Part shown: piece by piece, positions 12,701 through 26,264 of the stretch
How positions within the stretch are numbered: position 1 is the first letter of the stretch
Layout: each line of letters begins with the position of its first letter
Assembly: GCF_018977255.1 (NCBI RefSeq)
Contig: NW_024704742.1
Coordinates: 135,224,001-135,288,000 of the forward strand
Source: Callorhinchus milii
Taxonomy: Eukaryota
Direction of reading: 5' to 3'
DNA length: 64,000 bases
Translations under genes and position numbers: made by a program
The notes under the pieces: generated by a model
Databases searched by the model: none
What the model was told of the DNA's origin: nothing
Seen by the model: only the letters and a program-made list of their open reading frames with translations

Positions 12701-13576
12701 GAGCTAGGGGGAGTTGACTCTAGGCGCAGTCCAAAAGGAAGGACGTATGGTGTGATCTGAAGACAGGAAAGGAGGGGGCAAGGTGAAGGGCTCGAGGGGG
12801 AGAGTTCCAATATTTCAGTGCATAGTGACTGCAAGTACTGTCACAGGTGGTGGAGTCAAGAGGATGAGGGACATGACGGAGGCCAGAGGCAGCAGGTAAT
12901 GACGTGGGGAGAGGTCAGGTCAGAGATGTAGGGAATGCCAGGCCGTGAAGCGATTTTAAAGTGTTAGGAACTCCTAAAACACACCGCAGTACGATTCTGC
13001 ACCCTCTTTACTATTCTATTGTGGTTCATGTGGCACAGACTGCAGCGCTAACTTGAACTGACAGTAACTTTTTGTACACTTGTAACCTTTAACCATTTTG
13101 CCCATTTAAGCCAGCTCTTTTTATAGTAGCAGAAGCAGCGAACCATTCGTTTTCATGAAACTTCTAGGGACATTTGATGCTAGGAAATCCTATTTATTTT
13201 TATTAAGGATCTATGGGGAGATGGATTTGCCTCTACAGGCAAATGCCTACAGTGAAAATGTAAAAGTGATATTGTACTGATATTTTGTTTCCCTTCCAAG
13301 ATATATAACAAGAGAATTTTCGCCATTTTGCTGATATCAAGCCTGAGCAAGACCCTCATTTTTTTAAAGAGGAATCGATCAAAAAAAATTGTGGTTACAC
13401 TTTGTTTCATTCACTTGCTGTCTGCAGACTGTTGCTTGTTTATATAATTCAACTTGTCCTGGTTGTTCTCACTGCAGTGTTATTTTCAATCCATCGTGAA
13501 TTCCCGAATTGCTCATCAAAAATGAACACATCTTCAAAACATTAGTCAATGCTAATTCTGAATTTTTTTTTTGAAG

Positions 13577-13673
13577 GTGTGGGCCATGTGTGAGGATAGC
13601 CCCGGCTTTCAGCAGATTGAGTTCCAAATACCCGCATGCCATCTTCCTGGAAGTTGACGTACATCAGTGTCAA
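13577..13673 (+). CDS. TXNL1: TXNL1 exon 2, duplicate copy (probable false duplication)
   Basis: Same sequence as 26168-26264, inside the duplicated block. Confidence 0.8.
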
Positions 13674-14475
13674 GTGAGTAGGCTGAAAAATACATTTAAA
13701 TATAAAACCACATTGCACCTGCGATGATCTGAGTGCTCCCACTTTATATTCTAAGGGTTTTACGCAATACTTCCTCTGATCAACAAAGGGGAAAACCAGA
13801 TAATACTCTCAGATTTATGCATTCAGTTGCAATTTAGCTGAATATCGTACATGAGCTTATAAATTCTTCAACCGTGTTGGACAGAACTGGCTTTTATTTT
13901 GTGTTCTGAAGTATTTTATAATAATAATAATAAATATTTTGCACTTGTATCCAGACTCTAAACTTGACATGGCAGAAGTCATAAATCATAAATTCATTGG
14001 GGTGAATCATAAACTCAAAATAGGCTACCAATGCTCATTGAGTGGCTAAAGGATGTACGAAATATGATCTTAAATAAACTGCTTGGGAATATCGCATTCT
14101 TTGTACTGTGATTTAAGTGAAGTATAGTAATGTGGTAGTTGATCTGTGTCAGTGAAAGACATTTCACTGACAACTATCTCACGAGCCTCACTGTGCAGTG
14201 TAGATATTGTGTGAAATGCAATGTGCAGTAAGAACTTAAAATTCCACCTGGAATTGTACTGTTGCTGCACTACCACACAATCGATGCATAATCTCTCTCT
14301 GCCAATAAAAAAAATCCTGTTTGTTATCCAATATGTGGATATAGGGCACTCAGCTGAATCTATGAATACTTCCTATCAAAGAAGTTGAGTTTATAAGTGT
14401 GTTCAAGATGTATTCACTCTAGTAGTCATCGCTGAATGTGGGATTCAGTTCTGTTGTCTCTCCTGTTCTCTGGAG

Positions 14476-14515
14476 CAGTGGTTCTCAACCTTTTTGGGGA
14501 CAGGATCCATTTGTA
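14476..14515 (+). mobile_element. hAT-Charlie-like terminal inverted repeat remnant (copy 2 at 27067)
   Basis: CAGTGGTTCTCAACCTTTTT is typical of hAT-Charlie termini; no partner TIR seen. Confidence 0.45.
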
Positions 14516-15788
14516 AACCTAGCAAACAACTTTAGTGCAAAAAACATCTGGCTTTCAAAATATTTCTTACCCATGATATATAATATAATGCAGCAAATAG
14601 TAAAATATAGTATTTGTATAAATCCTGGGTTCCTTAATGAGAAACCCAAGCTCGCTTCTCTTTAGATGAGTTTATCAAAGCTTATAGAAGAATTCCCACT
14701 ATCAATGTTACTTGCAACAGGACAGGTTTAACAATGACTCCATTTCACTGACAACGAGACCTGCTTCACTGACTAAAATATGCTCCAAACTCTCCACTGC
14801 AGAATTACAGTTCAATGATGGAATGTTGCTTCTGATCGGTTCATCTCTGGCACCTGCTGCTATTTAAATAACTTTTACAGACCTCTTTGCCAGAAGAGCT
14901 GGCAGATCCTAAATTCTCGACATTCAACAACAACTGCTATGTTGTTCATATTAATTCAATGAATGGCCTTTGTAGTTATCACCAACAACTTGCCTTTTAT
15001 ATAGTGCCCTTCACCCCGGGCAGCTTCCCCGAGCGTTTAAAGCAGGGAAGACAGGAAGGGAATGCGTAGCATTTCCAGTTACTACTATGCACAGTTGTCT
15101 GCTGCGTTCTGGCCAAAAAATTTTTTTTACAGTCACTCCACTTTACAGTACTCAGCAGTGTCCCACAAACAGTCGAGAGGAGGGTAGTAAAAGATGTCTG
15201 ATCTCACTAGCCCAGTAACTGGAGATGTTACGCAGCAGGGAGGACAGGCTAAAAAGGTTCAATTACTTTATATCATCCACAAGCTGTCATGCTGGATATA
15301 CAATTACAAGGTCCTTGTAAGCCAAATGGATAAAGGTTTGAAATAAATTTACCTATTGCCAAATATGCGCTTTGCCCACAGAAGTAGAGGAAGGGAGTTT
15401 CTCCCAGGTGTCCTGGCGAACAAATCCCCCAAATAAACTTGGTTGTTCCCTTTGTAGCTGTTTTGTGAGCGATTACTGTGTGTAAATTGGCTGAAGAATA
15501 CACGCCCATTCACTTCACAGTATATCCGTTGAATGATTTGAAACATTCTCCTGAAAGGAAAGATGTCGTATCAAAATGATATCTTAAAGCCTTATACAAG
15601 TAATGTATTTCTGAGGGCATTTTGATGTTTTACTGTTTGCATTATGTATCTTTGAAATTTCTTGTGTAAAAGTTTATACAAACTCTCAAAACAGAACTTG
15701 AGTATATGGTTTACATTAAAACTATAGTTAACTAGTTTTAGAAGTGGATTATTTGAATTGTTTCTAATTCATAGTATTCCTGTTTCAG

Positions 15789-15962
15789 CAAACAGCAACG
15801 GCCAACAACATTTCAGCTACACCATCGTTTTTATTCTTTCGAAACAAAGTGCGAATTGACCAGTTTCACGGAGCAGACGCCAATGGATTGGAAGAGAAAG
15901 TTAAACAGCACCTGGAAAACGATCCTGGAATTAATGAAGACTTGGACATTCCCAAAGGATAC
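15789..15962 (+). CDS. TXNL1: TXNL1 exon 3, duplicate copy (probable false duplication)
   Basis: Same sequence as 28381-28554, inside the duplicated block. Confidence 0.8.
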
Positions 15963-16164
15963 GTATGTAGATTTAATGTGCCTGTTTCTATGATGTAAAG
16001 CTCTATGAAATGACTTTTAACAGTTGTTTTCAAGTTCAGTAAACTCCAGATAACTCAACCTTGGCTTAATGTGTTAAGTCGTTGTCCTGGCAAAATATCG
16101 CGACCATGCAAAATATTAATTTGCTTTAGTTGTGACTCTGCTTAACATGTAACTTGTACCCGCG

Positions 16165-16595
16165 TTACATCAGTCCTTGCCAGGCTCCACTGGCTCCCCA
16201 TCACAGAACGGATCAATTTCAAGATCCTCTCACTTGTCTACAAATCTCTTCACACCCTAGCACCTCCTTAGCTTTCTGACCTGCTTTCTCCCCACTCCAC
16301 TACTTGCTGTCTCTGCACGGCTGGCTCTGGCCTCCTGCTTGTCCCTCGTCCCCTCTGCTACACCATTGGGAGCTGCACTTTCAGCCACACCGCCCCCAAG
16401 CTTTGGAACTCTTCCACCAATCCCTCTGCCTTGCCCCCCATTTCCCTTCTTTTACATCACGATTGAAGACCTTCCGCTTCAACCGAGCGTATGGTCACCT
16501 CCTCCCTCCCCTATGGCTCGGTGTTAGGCTCTGCCACTGTTAAGCACTCCGAGACGCTGCTCCACATGAAGGGCGTTAGTTAAATACAAGTTGTT
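16165..16595 (+). mobile_element. L2 LINE 3' fragment (copy 2 at ~28757-29187)
   Basis: ctccactggctccccatc...ttcaagatcctc encodes the L2 ORF2 C-terminal LHWLPI..RI.FKIL motif. Confidence 0.85.
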
Positions 16596-16937
16596 AACAT
16601 GGTCAAAACTCCAGAACAAGAGTGGTACAAACATCAGCTCAACAATAACAACTTGTACTTATATAGCACCCTCCACGTAGGGTAACATCTCAAGGCACTT
16701 AACAGAATAAAGACGGTCAACAACAAACAAGAAATATGGTGCTTTTCATGTCGGGAGGGTGTTTAGAAGAATTGAATGAAAGAAGAGAAATGGGAAATCC
16801 CATGTAGGCGATGGATTTTTATTTGCTTTAGATCTTTTGTACTTAACTGTTAGTGGAGTCCTGTAGCTCAGTGGTTAGAGCACTCTCTTTGCAAGCGAGA
16901 GACCTGAGTTCAATTCCCGGCAGGGCGAAACCTTGTG

Positions 16938-16962
16938 NNNNNNNNNNNNNNNNNNNNNNNNN
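16938..16962. other. Assembly gap (25 N)
   Basis: Run of 25 n exactly at the junction of the two duplicate copies. Confidence 0.99.
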
Positions 16963-19781
16963 ATATCTCAAAGGCTTCATAGCATGAACTGTGAAGTGAA
17001 TTGACTGTGTATTTTGTGGGCGAAACACCGTAACCAATTTATTTAATATTTACAAAAAACAATGGGCTCTATCTATAGGAAGTACAAGTTATTATAATTC
17101 AAATATATGGCTGCAGTGGAGAAGCTAGCGAAAGCATAAGCTTGTATCACCTACGCTGAAATTTCTAGCATTCTGTGAAATGTCTTATTTTTAGCACAGT
17201 ATCACCAGATTAGGGCATTGCAAATACTGGATTAAAGACTGATCTGTCCAATTGTAAAATCAAAGCAGAAAACAAACACAGAAGAACATTCATATTACTA
17301 GTCAAAAATAATTTGTCTGTACTAAAAAACGAAAGATTAAACATGTTTTGGTTGGCAAAGGGAAAGAAAAACTAACGTACAATGCTACATAAAGAAGAAA
17401 ACTTCCGTGATAACTTGACAATGGCACATCCTTGGGCACGGAATAGATTGCCAAGATGGTGAAAAGTTGCTATCAACACTCGGGCTACAGCACATACACA
17501 GACAACTCTGACACCCACTGGGACAAGCAGGAAATACTTCAGCTGAAGCACTTGAAAGAACAATTTAAACACATGTTGTACATCGCCCAAGTTTCACCAC
17601 ACTTTTAATGAGCGTGACTGTCTTTCTGTCAGATAAATGCTGCACACTCTCACCAGGAAATATTAGGTCATGACATCTAACATCAGAAACTCTGAACGAG
17701 AGGAAACAAGAGCTATCTCTTTAAACAGAACAATATTCAGCCTTTCTCGTCTTTGATTTGTATTGCTCCTATCAAGTCGGGAGGATGTCCCAAAGCGCAA
17801 AAACAGTCTAGGATTTGAATCCAAGCTGGGGTTTGGGATCAGAGATCAAAAATGCACCCAAAATTTTTCAAGGAAACAATAATTTGGACGAAAGTATGTA
17901 AAAAATGAAAACTACAATGATGTGATTACAACACTCGTACTTCCACCCCTTCCAAAAATATATGCTGCCACTCCCTTGTAACACCATCAAACAGATGACC
18001 AACTTTGCAATCAACTGGCAAACATACCAACTTGCCTTCCAATAGTCCTTCCTCCTTACACAGCACTGCACTGTTTTGCTCCGTAACCAGACAAAAATGA
18101 GAGATTTGAAAAAAAAATCACAAGACGGGATTTTCACTGTACAAAACATCACACTGTCAATCCAATACGCTGCACAATTCAGCATACTAAGACCGTTGTT
18201 TAAATGCTTTTTTTTAAATAAAAAAGACAACAGCACTATAGGGATATGAGTCCCTCACAATAGCTGCTTACAGTGTAGGATACCTCTCCCCCACCCCTTT
18301 TCATTGATGGGAAAAGACATTTGTGGCCACTTGTAATAAATACTGAGTTGCTTATAGACCCAAGATTGCGTTTTAACTGCAGTCGGTGGCTCTTTAGGTA
18401 GTGTTTCCAGTAAACCAAATGCATTATTAAGTAGTTTTGAGTAACTTCCTGTGAAGGACTGCCCAACTGGTACATACAATACCAAATCAAATACTGTATT
18501 TAATGACACTTAAAGGGAACGGATTAGCTACGTCTCCTCCATCCCCCCAAACAAAGTCTCCCTTAACAAATTGTCTTTGACGACTGAGTGCCTCCATTAC
18601 GAATGTGTACAAAAAGCCTCCCCCTGCTGGCTCAGTGGATTTATTCAATGACCCACTGAGCCCATCCGTGGAGCAGAGCAGATACAGAACGGGAAAGGCC
18701 GCAGGATTATTAATAATAATAATCCTTGCATTTGATATAGCGCTTTTCACGTCGGGAGGACGTCCCAAAGCGCTTCAATCCCTTGTCTACCCATGTTGAG
18801 TCAGTGTTAGATTCGCAGGATGCCACGTTATGCCCACAAAATACTCAGTCACTCCTCTTTATAGTGTATTGTGTGAAACGCCTTGAAACGCCTCAACAAC
18901 GTGATAAGGCGCCAGTTCAAATGCAAGGATTATTATTATATATTGTTAAATGGTTATTGTTGACTACAGCTCAATATTGCCCTCTCACAATTCAGTCCCA
19001 ATGATGTCAAACAGATCAGACAATCAAATTACACCATAGTCCATACTCAGTACATGCTACAGCTATAGATACTGAATCAATCAAACTTTTAATGCATTGT
19101 TACATCTCACTGGAACACTATGTGGTGAAGTTGGCTCGTATGCAGGACATTACACCATATGAAGTCCACTAACGATTCAAAGAGCACCGATTAGAACTGT
19201 AGAATCTCAGGAAACAGAATCACACTGAGAAAAGTCACTCACTTGGTAGTCCTTCAGCCACACTTCCAGGTCTTGTCGAAATCTCGAAGCTTTAGCGACT
19301 GAGGCTCCTGGACAATTACAGAATACCAATCAAAAGGAGGTGCCTTCCCTGCAAGAAAAAGATCAATGCCAATCAATTTCTAGCCAAAAATGATACTCTA
19401 ACTCTCTGAAACTCCACTCCAGCTTCGCTAAGTACTCATCTCTGGAGACTGTGGATTAAAGCCCCACGACTTGGAACTGAGAACTCAAGAGAAATGCTGG
19501 TCAAATAATAATAATCTTGCATTTGATAAGCTGCACTTATCACGGCCTTCGAGAACGTCTCAAGCGCCTCACAGAATATACGTGTGAAGTGAATGACTGT
19601 ATTTCGTGGGCAAAATCACAGCAGTGTCCCTAATTAATAAATAAGTGCGGCCGCGATATTCACAGTGTGATGGCTGTGGAAGTGACAAGTTAAGTCAGGG
19701 TCAAGTTGTGAGTTTACTGTAGGGCTATGGTCTCTTTTAAGCTCCATTTGAACAGGCGGACGTAACCTCAGGTTAACTTCC

Positions 19782-22700
19782 GGGGGTGGGGGGTGGGGGG
19801 GGGGGGGGGAGTGTGTGGGTTGGCAGTGCTGGGGAACTGGGTGGGGGAGGGGGTGGGGGGGGCGAAGAGTCATTGCCGGGGTGGTGGGGGACAGGGAGCT
19901 AGGGGGGGCATTGCTGGGGGTTGGTGGGGGGCAGTGCTGGGGTTGGTGGAGGGGGGCAGTGCTGGGGGGTGGTGGGAGGGGGGAGCAGTGCCGGGGGGGG
20001 GGGCTGGGGGGGTGGGAGCTCGGGGGCCGGGGAGCTAGGGGGGGGTGCAGTGCTGGCGGTAGATGGGGCTGATGCAATGCTGGGGTTGGTGGGGCGGGTG
20101 CAGCAGTACTGGGGGGTGGTGGATGGGTCAGTGCCGGGGAAGGTGGGGATCAGTGCTGGGGGGTGGGGGGGGGTCAGTGCCAGTGGGGGGGGGGGGTCAA
20201 TGCGAGTGAGATGGGGTCAGTGCCGTGGAGGGTGGGGGCCAGTGCCGCGGGGGTTGGGGGCCAATGCCGCGGGGTTCGGGGGCCAGTACCGCGGGGTTCG
20301 GGGGCCAGTGCGCGCGGGGGTCGGGGCCAGTGCCGCGAGAGTCGGGGGCCAGTGCCGCGGGGGTCGGGGGCCAGTGCCGCGGCGGGTGGGGGTTAGTGCC
20401 GCGGGGGGTGGGGTTAATGCCGCGGGGGGTGGGGTTAGTGTCGCGGGGTGGGGGTCAGTGCTGGGGAGGACAGGGGTCAGAGCCGGAGGGTGGGGGGGTC
20501 AGTACCAGTGTGGGGGGGGGTCAATGCCAGTTCTGTTGGGGTAAATGCCGGGGGGGTGGGGGCCAGTGCAGCGGGGGGTGGGGGCCAGTGTCGTGGGGGG
20601 TGGGGGCCAGTGCCGCGGGGGATGGGGGCCAGTGCCGCGGGGGTTGGGGGTCAGTGCCGGAGAAGGTGGGGTCAGTGCCGGGGGGATGGGGGGGGTCAGT
20701 GCTAGTGTGGGGGGGGGGTCAATGCCAGTGTGGGTGGGGCCAGTGCAGTGGTGGGTGGGGGCCAGTGCCGCGGGGGTTGGGGACCAGTGCCGCGGGGTGG
20801 GGACCAGTGGGCCGCGGGGGTGGGAGCCAGTGCCGGGGAAGTGGGGGTCAGTGCGGGCGAGTGGGGGGGGTCAGTGCCAGTGTGGGGGGGTCAATGTCAG
20901 TGTGGGTGGGGGTCAGTGCCGGGGAGGGTGGGGTCAGTGCTAGTGTGGGGGGGGGGGGGTCAATGCCGTGTGGGTGGGGGCCAGTGCCGCGGGGGTGGGG
21001 GCCAGTACCGTGGGGGCTGGAGACCAGTGCAGCGGGGGGTGGGGGCCAGTGCAGCGGGGGGTGGGGGCCAGTGCAGCGGGGGTGGGGGCCAGTGTCGCAG
21101 GGGGTGGGGGCAGTGCCGGGGAGGTGGGGGCATGCGGGGAGGTGACAGTGCCCGTGAGGGTGGGGGTCAGTGCGGATGGTGGGGGGGCAGTGCCGGGGAG
21201 TGGGGGGTGGGCGTCAGTGCCGGGAGGGGTGGGGCAGTGCCAGTGTAGGTGGGGGCAGTGCCAGTGTGGGTGGGGGGCAGTGCCGGGGAGGGGATGGGGG
21301 GCAGTGCCGGGAAGGTGGGGGCAGTGCTGGGGAAGGGGTGCTGTGGGGGAGGTGCTGTGGGGGGGTTTGTGGGAGGGGCTATGGGGTTGAGGGGCTGTGT
21401 GGTGGGGGGTGCTGGTGAGTGTTGGGGGGGCTGTGGGAGGGGGGTTGCTGTGTGGAGGGGCTGTGGGTGGGGGGGATGGCTGGGGGGCGCTGTGTGGGGG
21501 GGATGTGTGTGGGTGTGGGGCTGTGGAGGAGTGTTGTGTGGGGGGAGGCTGTGGGGGGGGGGGTTGTGTGGTGGGGGGCTGTGGGTGGGGTTGTGCGTTG
21601 GTGGGGCTGGGTGGGGGGGCAGTGGGTGGGGTTGTGTGGTGGGGTGTGCTGTGGGGGCTGCTGAGTGGGGAGGGGTGGGGAGTTGTGTGGGGGCTGTGGG
21701 GGGGGGCTGTGCGGGGGGTAGTATGTGTAGGGGCTGTGGGGGGGCTTTGTGGGGGGGGCTTTGTGGGGGCCGGCTGTGGGGGGGTGGGGGGGCTGTGTGG
21801 GGGGGGGGGCTGTGTGTGGAGGGGCTGTGGGGGGGGGGCTGTGGGGGGGGTAGTATGTGTAGGGGCTGTGGGGGGGGCTTTGTGGGGGGGGCTGTGTGGG
21901 CTGAGCTGTGTGGGGGGGCTGTGTGGGGGGGCTGTGTGGGGGCTGTGTGGGGGGGGCTGTGTGTGGGAGACTGTGGGGGGGGCTGTGGGGGGGGGGGCTG
22001 TGTGGGGGGGGGGCTGTGTGGGGGGTAGTATGTGAAGGGGCTGTGGGGGGGGGGCTTTGTGGGGGGGCTTTGTGGGGCGGCTGTGGGGGTGGGGCTGTGT
22101 GGGGGGGGCGGGGTGGGGGTCTGTGTGGGGGGCTATGTGGGGGGCTTGTGGGGGGGCTGTGTGGGGGGGGGCTGTGTGGGGGGGCTGTGTGTGGGGGGGG
22201 GGATGTGTGTGGGGGGTGTGTGGAGGGGGGCTGTGGGGGGGGGCTGTGTGGGGGGGGCTGTGTGTGGGGGGGGCTGTGTGTGGGGGGGCTGTGTGTGGGG
22301 CAGTGTGGGGGGGCTGTGTGGGGGGCTGTGTGGGGGGGGAGCTGGGTGGGGGGGGCTGTGTGGGGGGGCTGTGTGGGGGGGGCTGTGTGGGGGTGCGGGG
22401 AGTTGGGGGGGGCGTGCATGTGGGGGGGCTGTCGTGTGGGTGGGGGTCATGCGGTGGGGGTGGGGGTCGTGCTGTGGGGGGTGGTGGGGGGGTCATGCTG
22501 TGGGTGGGGGCCTGCGGGGGGGGGGCCAGTCGTTGGGGGCTGGGCGTTGGCAGGGGCGGTTGGGGGCCTGTGGCAGGGGGCGGTGGGGGAGTGAGCTGTG
22601 GGGGGGGGCCGTGTCGCAGGGTGGGGGCGGCGGATGGTGGGGGGCGGCGTGGGAGGTGGGGTCGTGCCGGAGGTGGGCAGTGGTGTGGGGGGGCAGTGCG

Positions 22701-24198
22701 GTGGGGGGGGGCGTGTGGGGAGGTGGGGGGTGCCGTGTAGGTGGGGGCGGCCATGTGGTGGGGGGGGCGATGGGGTGGGGGCAGTGCGGAGGGGGGGCAG
22801 TGCTGGGGGGGGCTGTGGGGGAGGGCTGTGGGGGGTGTGTGGGGGGGCTATGGTGAGGGGCTGTGTGGGGGGGGTGCTGGTGGTGGGGGGGGCTGTGGGG
22901 GGGGGCTGTGGTGGGGGCTGTGGTGTTGGGGGGCTGCTGGGGGGCGCTGTGTGGGGGGGACTGTGTGTGGGGGTGGGGCTGTGGTGTTGTGTGGGGGGGC
23001 TGTGGGGGGTGGGGCTGTGTGGTGGGGTGGGGTGGCTGTGGTTGGTGGGGGCTGGGTGGGGGGGGCTGGGTGGGGCTGTGTGGTGGGGTGTGTGTGGGGG
23101 TGTGGCTGAGTGTGGTGGGGAGTCTGTGGGGGGCTGTGGGGGGGGGCTGTGCTGGGGGGCTGTTGTGTGGGGGGCTGTGGTGGGGGGCTGTGTGGGGGGG
23201 GCTGTGTGGGGGCGGCTGTGGTGGGGGCTGTGGGGGGGGGGGCTGTGTGTGGGGGGCTGTGGGGGGGCTGTGGGGGGTTAGTGGAGGGGCTGTGGGGGGC
23301 TTGTGGGGGGGGCTGTGTTGGGGGCTGTGTTGGGGGCTGTGTGTGGGCTGTGTTGGGGGCTGTGTGTGGGGGCTGTGTGGGGGGCTGTGTGGGGGGGGCT
23401 GTGTGGGGGGCGTGTGGGGGGGCTGTGTTGGGGGGGCTGTGTTTGGGGGGGCTGTGTTTGGGGGGGCTGTGTGGGGGGGCTGTGTGGGGGGGGGCTGTGT
23501 GGGGGGGGGCTGTGTGGGGGGGGGCTGTGTGGGGGGCTGTGTGGGGGGCTGTGTGTGGGGGGCTGTGTGGGGCTGTGGGGGGGGCTGTGTGTGGGGGTGT
23601 GTGTGGGGGCTGTGTGGGGGGGGCTGTGTGGGGGGGGCTGTGGGGGGGGCTGTGTGGGGGGGGCTGTGTGGGGGGGGCTGTGTGTGGGGGCTGTGTGGTG
23701 GGGGCTGTGTGGGGGGGTGTGTGTGGGGGGGTTGTGTGTGGGGGCTGTGTGTGGGGGCTGTGTGTGGAGGCGTGTGTGGGGGGGCTGTGTGGGGGGGGTG
23801 TGTGTGGGGGTGTGTGGGGGGGGTGTGTGGGGGCTGTGGGGGGGGCTGTGTTGGGGGGGGCTGTGTTGGGGGGCTGTGTTGGGGGGCTGTGTTGGGGGGC
23901 TGTGTTGGGGGGCTGTGTGGGGGGCTGTGGGGGGGGCTGTGTGGGGGCGCGGTGTGTGGGGGGGGCTGTGTGGGGGGGGCTGTGTGGGGCTGTGTGTGGG
24001 GGGGGGGCTGTGTGTGGGGCTGTGTGGGGGCTGTGGGGGGGGCTGTGTGGGGCTGTGGGGGGGGGCTGTGTGGGGCTGTGTGGGGGGCTGTGTGGGGGGG
24101 GCTGTGGGGGGCTGTGTGTGGGGCTGTGGGGGGGCTGTGTGGGGCTGTGTGGGTGCTGGGAGGGGCTGTGTGGGGGCTGTGTGTGGGGCTGTGGGGGG
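19782..24198 (+). repeat. G-rich minisatellite, copy 2 (4.4 kb)
   Basis: Same units as copy 1, with a long (GnCTGTGT)n extension. Confidence 0.95.
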
Positions 24199-26167
24199 TT
24201 GTCTCCCTTCCCCCAGCCCTGGGAACATTTTGAAGCCAATGTTATTGCTACTGCTGCTGCCCTAGCTAACTCAACATAAGCTGAGGGTCGATACAGAGGA
24301 CCTTTCAGGTCCTAGGAACTCAATAGGATTATCCCCGCGAGAAAAGAAGGGGAGGGTGGTAAGCAGAATTTGTTTCTCGCTCACATACATCGTTGTTAGA
24401 GTGTGGAATGCCTTGCCACAAATGGCTATTGAAGCATTTTAAAAGGGAATTGGATTGGGAAAAGAAAACTGTATAAAGGTTCTTTTTTTCAAAACAATAC
24501 TGTTTGTTTCCTCAGCCGATCCTTTAAGTCACTTCTCTTGTCCCCTATGATCTGGACCACATAGCTTCTCTGTGCTCTGGCTCTTGAGCAGGTCACAACC
24601 AGGTGAATAAATGTCTCACTGAAAGTGCTTCTTCCACTTCTTTCCAAAAATGTATATTGCGGATCGACAGTAACATGCAGGGTAATTGCTATAATGTGGA
24701 GCTGTAGGTTGCTTGCTCTGCAGTATGTGCATGCACAATGTGCGGGAAGTGACACCAGCGGCCATCTGAAAGCCAATATTTTTAAGTCATTTTTAAAATT
24801 GTTTAATACAGGCCCAGTCAACGAGTTGATGTGGAGTCGAGAATGGCTGGTTCCAAACTCGTGTAATTTAATTTGTGAGGAGAGCATGTCTGCTGTGCTT
24901 CCAGAATCGCATGATTTCACAGTAGCCTTGTGCTATGAGTAACCATGTTATATGTGGGGCCTACGCTAGTCTGGGATGCTTTAAAACTAGATTGCCCCGT
25001 AAATGCAAGTTTTTATTTCAGTATATGTGACTTACGAACGATTCAACACTAAACACGATTATGCTTCAGAAATTAGCTTTCAGAGATCTCCAATCTTTCA
25101 GATATCAGTCCGTTCAGATATTTCATGTGTATCTCTAGTGGTCCACAAATAGTTATTTCACCTTACAGTTACTCGTGAAAGACGTACATGTTATAGGTGC
25201 CACAAAATATATTAAGTACTACAACAGTTTGCATTTTATACAACCTCCTTCATGAGGTGTAGTGTCTTGGAGTGCTTTAACAGTTTGACGCTGAGCTAGG
25301 GGGAGTTGACTCTAGGCGCAGTCCAAAAGGAAGGACGTATGGTGTGATCTGAAGACAGGAAAGGAGGGGGCAAGGTGAAGGGCTCGAGGGGGAGAGTTCC
25401 AATATTTCAGTGCATAGTGACTGCAAGTACTGTCACAGGTGGTGGAGTCAAAGAGGATGAGGGACATGACGGAGGCCAGAGGCAGCAGGTAATGACGTGG
25501 GGGAGAGGTCAGGTCAGAGATGTAGGGAATGCCAGGCCGTGAAGCGATTTTAAAGTGTTAGGAACTCCTAAAACACACCGCAGTACGATTCTGCACCCTC
25601 TTTACTATTCTATTGTGGTTCATGTGGCACAGACTGCTACGCTAACTTGAACTGACAGTAACTTTTTGTACACTTGTAACCTTTAACCATTTTGCCCATT
25701 TAAGCCAGCTCTTTTTATAGTAGCAGAAGCAGCGAACCATTCGTTTTCATGAAACTTCTAGGGACATTTGATGCTAGGAAATCCTATTTATTTTTTATTA
25801 AGGATCTATGGGGAGATGGATTTGCCTCTACAGGCAAACGCCTACAGTGAAAATGTAAAAGTGATATTGTACTGATATTTTGTTTCCCTTCCAAGATATA
25901 TAACAAGAGAATTTTCGCCATTTTGCTGATATCGAGCCTGAGCAAGACCCTCATTTTTTTAAAGAGGAATCGATCAAAAAAAATTGTGGTTACACTTTGT
26001 TTCATTCACTTGCTGTCTGCAGACTGTTGCTTGTTTATATAATTCAACTTGTCCTGGTTGTTCTCACTGCAGTGTTATTTTCAATCCATCGTGAATTCCC
26101 GAATTGCTCATCAAAAATGAATCTTCAAAACATTAGTCAATGCTAATTCTGAATTTTTTTTTTGAAG

Positions 26168-26264
26168 GTGTGGGCCATGTGTGAGGATAGCCCCGGCTTT
26201 CAGCAGATTGAGTTCCAAATACCCGCATGCCATCTTCCTGGAAGTTGACGTACATCAGTGTCAA
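26168..26264 (+). CDS. TXNL1: TXNL1 exon 2 (CGPC active site)
   Basis: ttttgaag|G TGT GGG CCA TGT ... TGT CAA|gtgagt; 97 nt. Confidence 0.95.

Larger units (their letters stand above)
4836..16937 (+). repeat. 12 kb direct duplication, copy 1
   Basis: Near-identical to 16963-29527, from atatctcaaag to gaaaccttg. Confidence 0.97.

Noticed and set aside
21700..24198. CACAGCC cryptic RSS heptamers or immunoglobulin switch-like GGGCT repeats
   Set aside because: No nonamers and no antigen-receptor segments nearby; a by-product of the repeat unit.
7776..24279. Long Gly/Val/Cys-rich and Pro/His/Thr-rich ORFs (up to 604 aa) resembling keratin-associated or extensin-like proteins
   Set aside because: They are open in nearly all frames because the G-rich array lacks stop codons, and the frames differ between the two copies.
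24489..24920. 143-aa minus-strand ORF
   Set aside because: No recognisable domain; frameshifted in copy 1; antisense to the TXNL1 upstream or intronic region.
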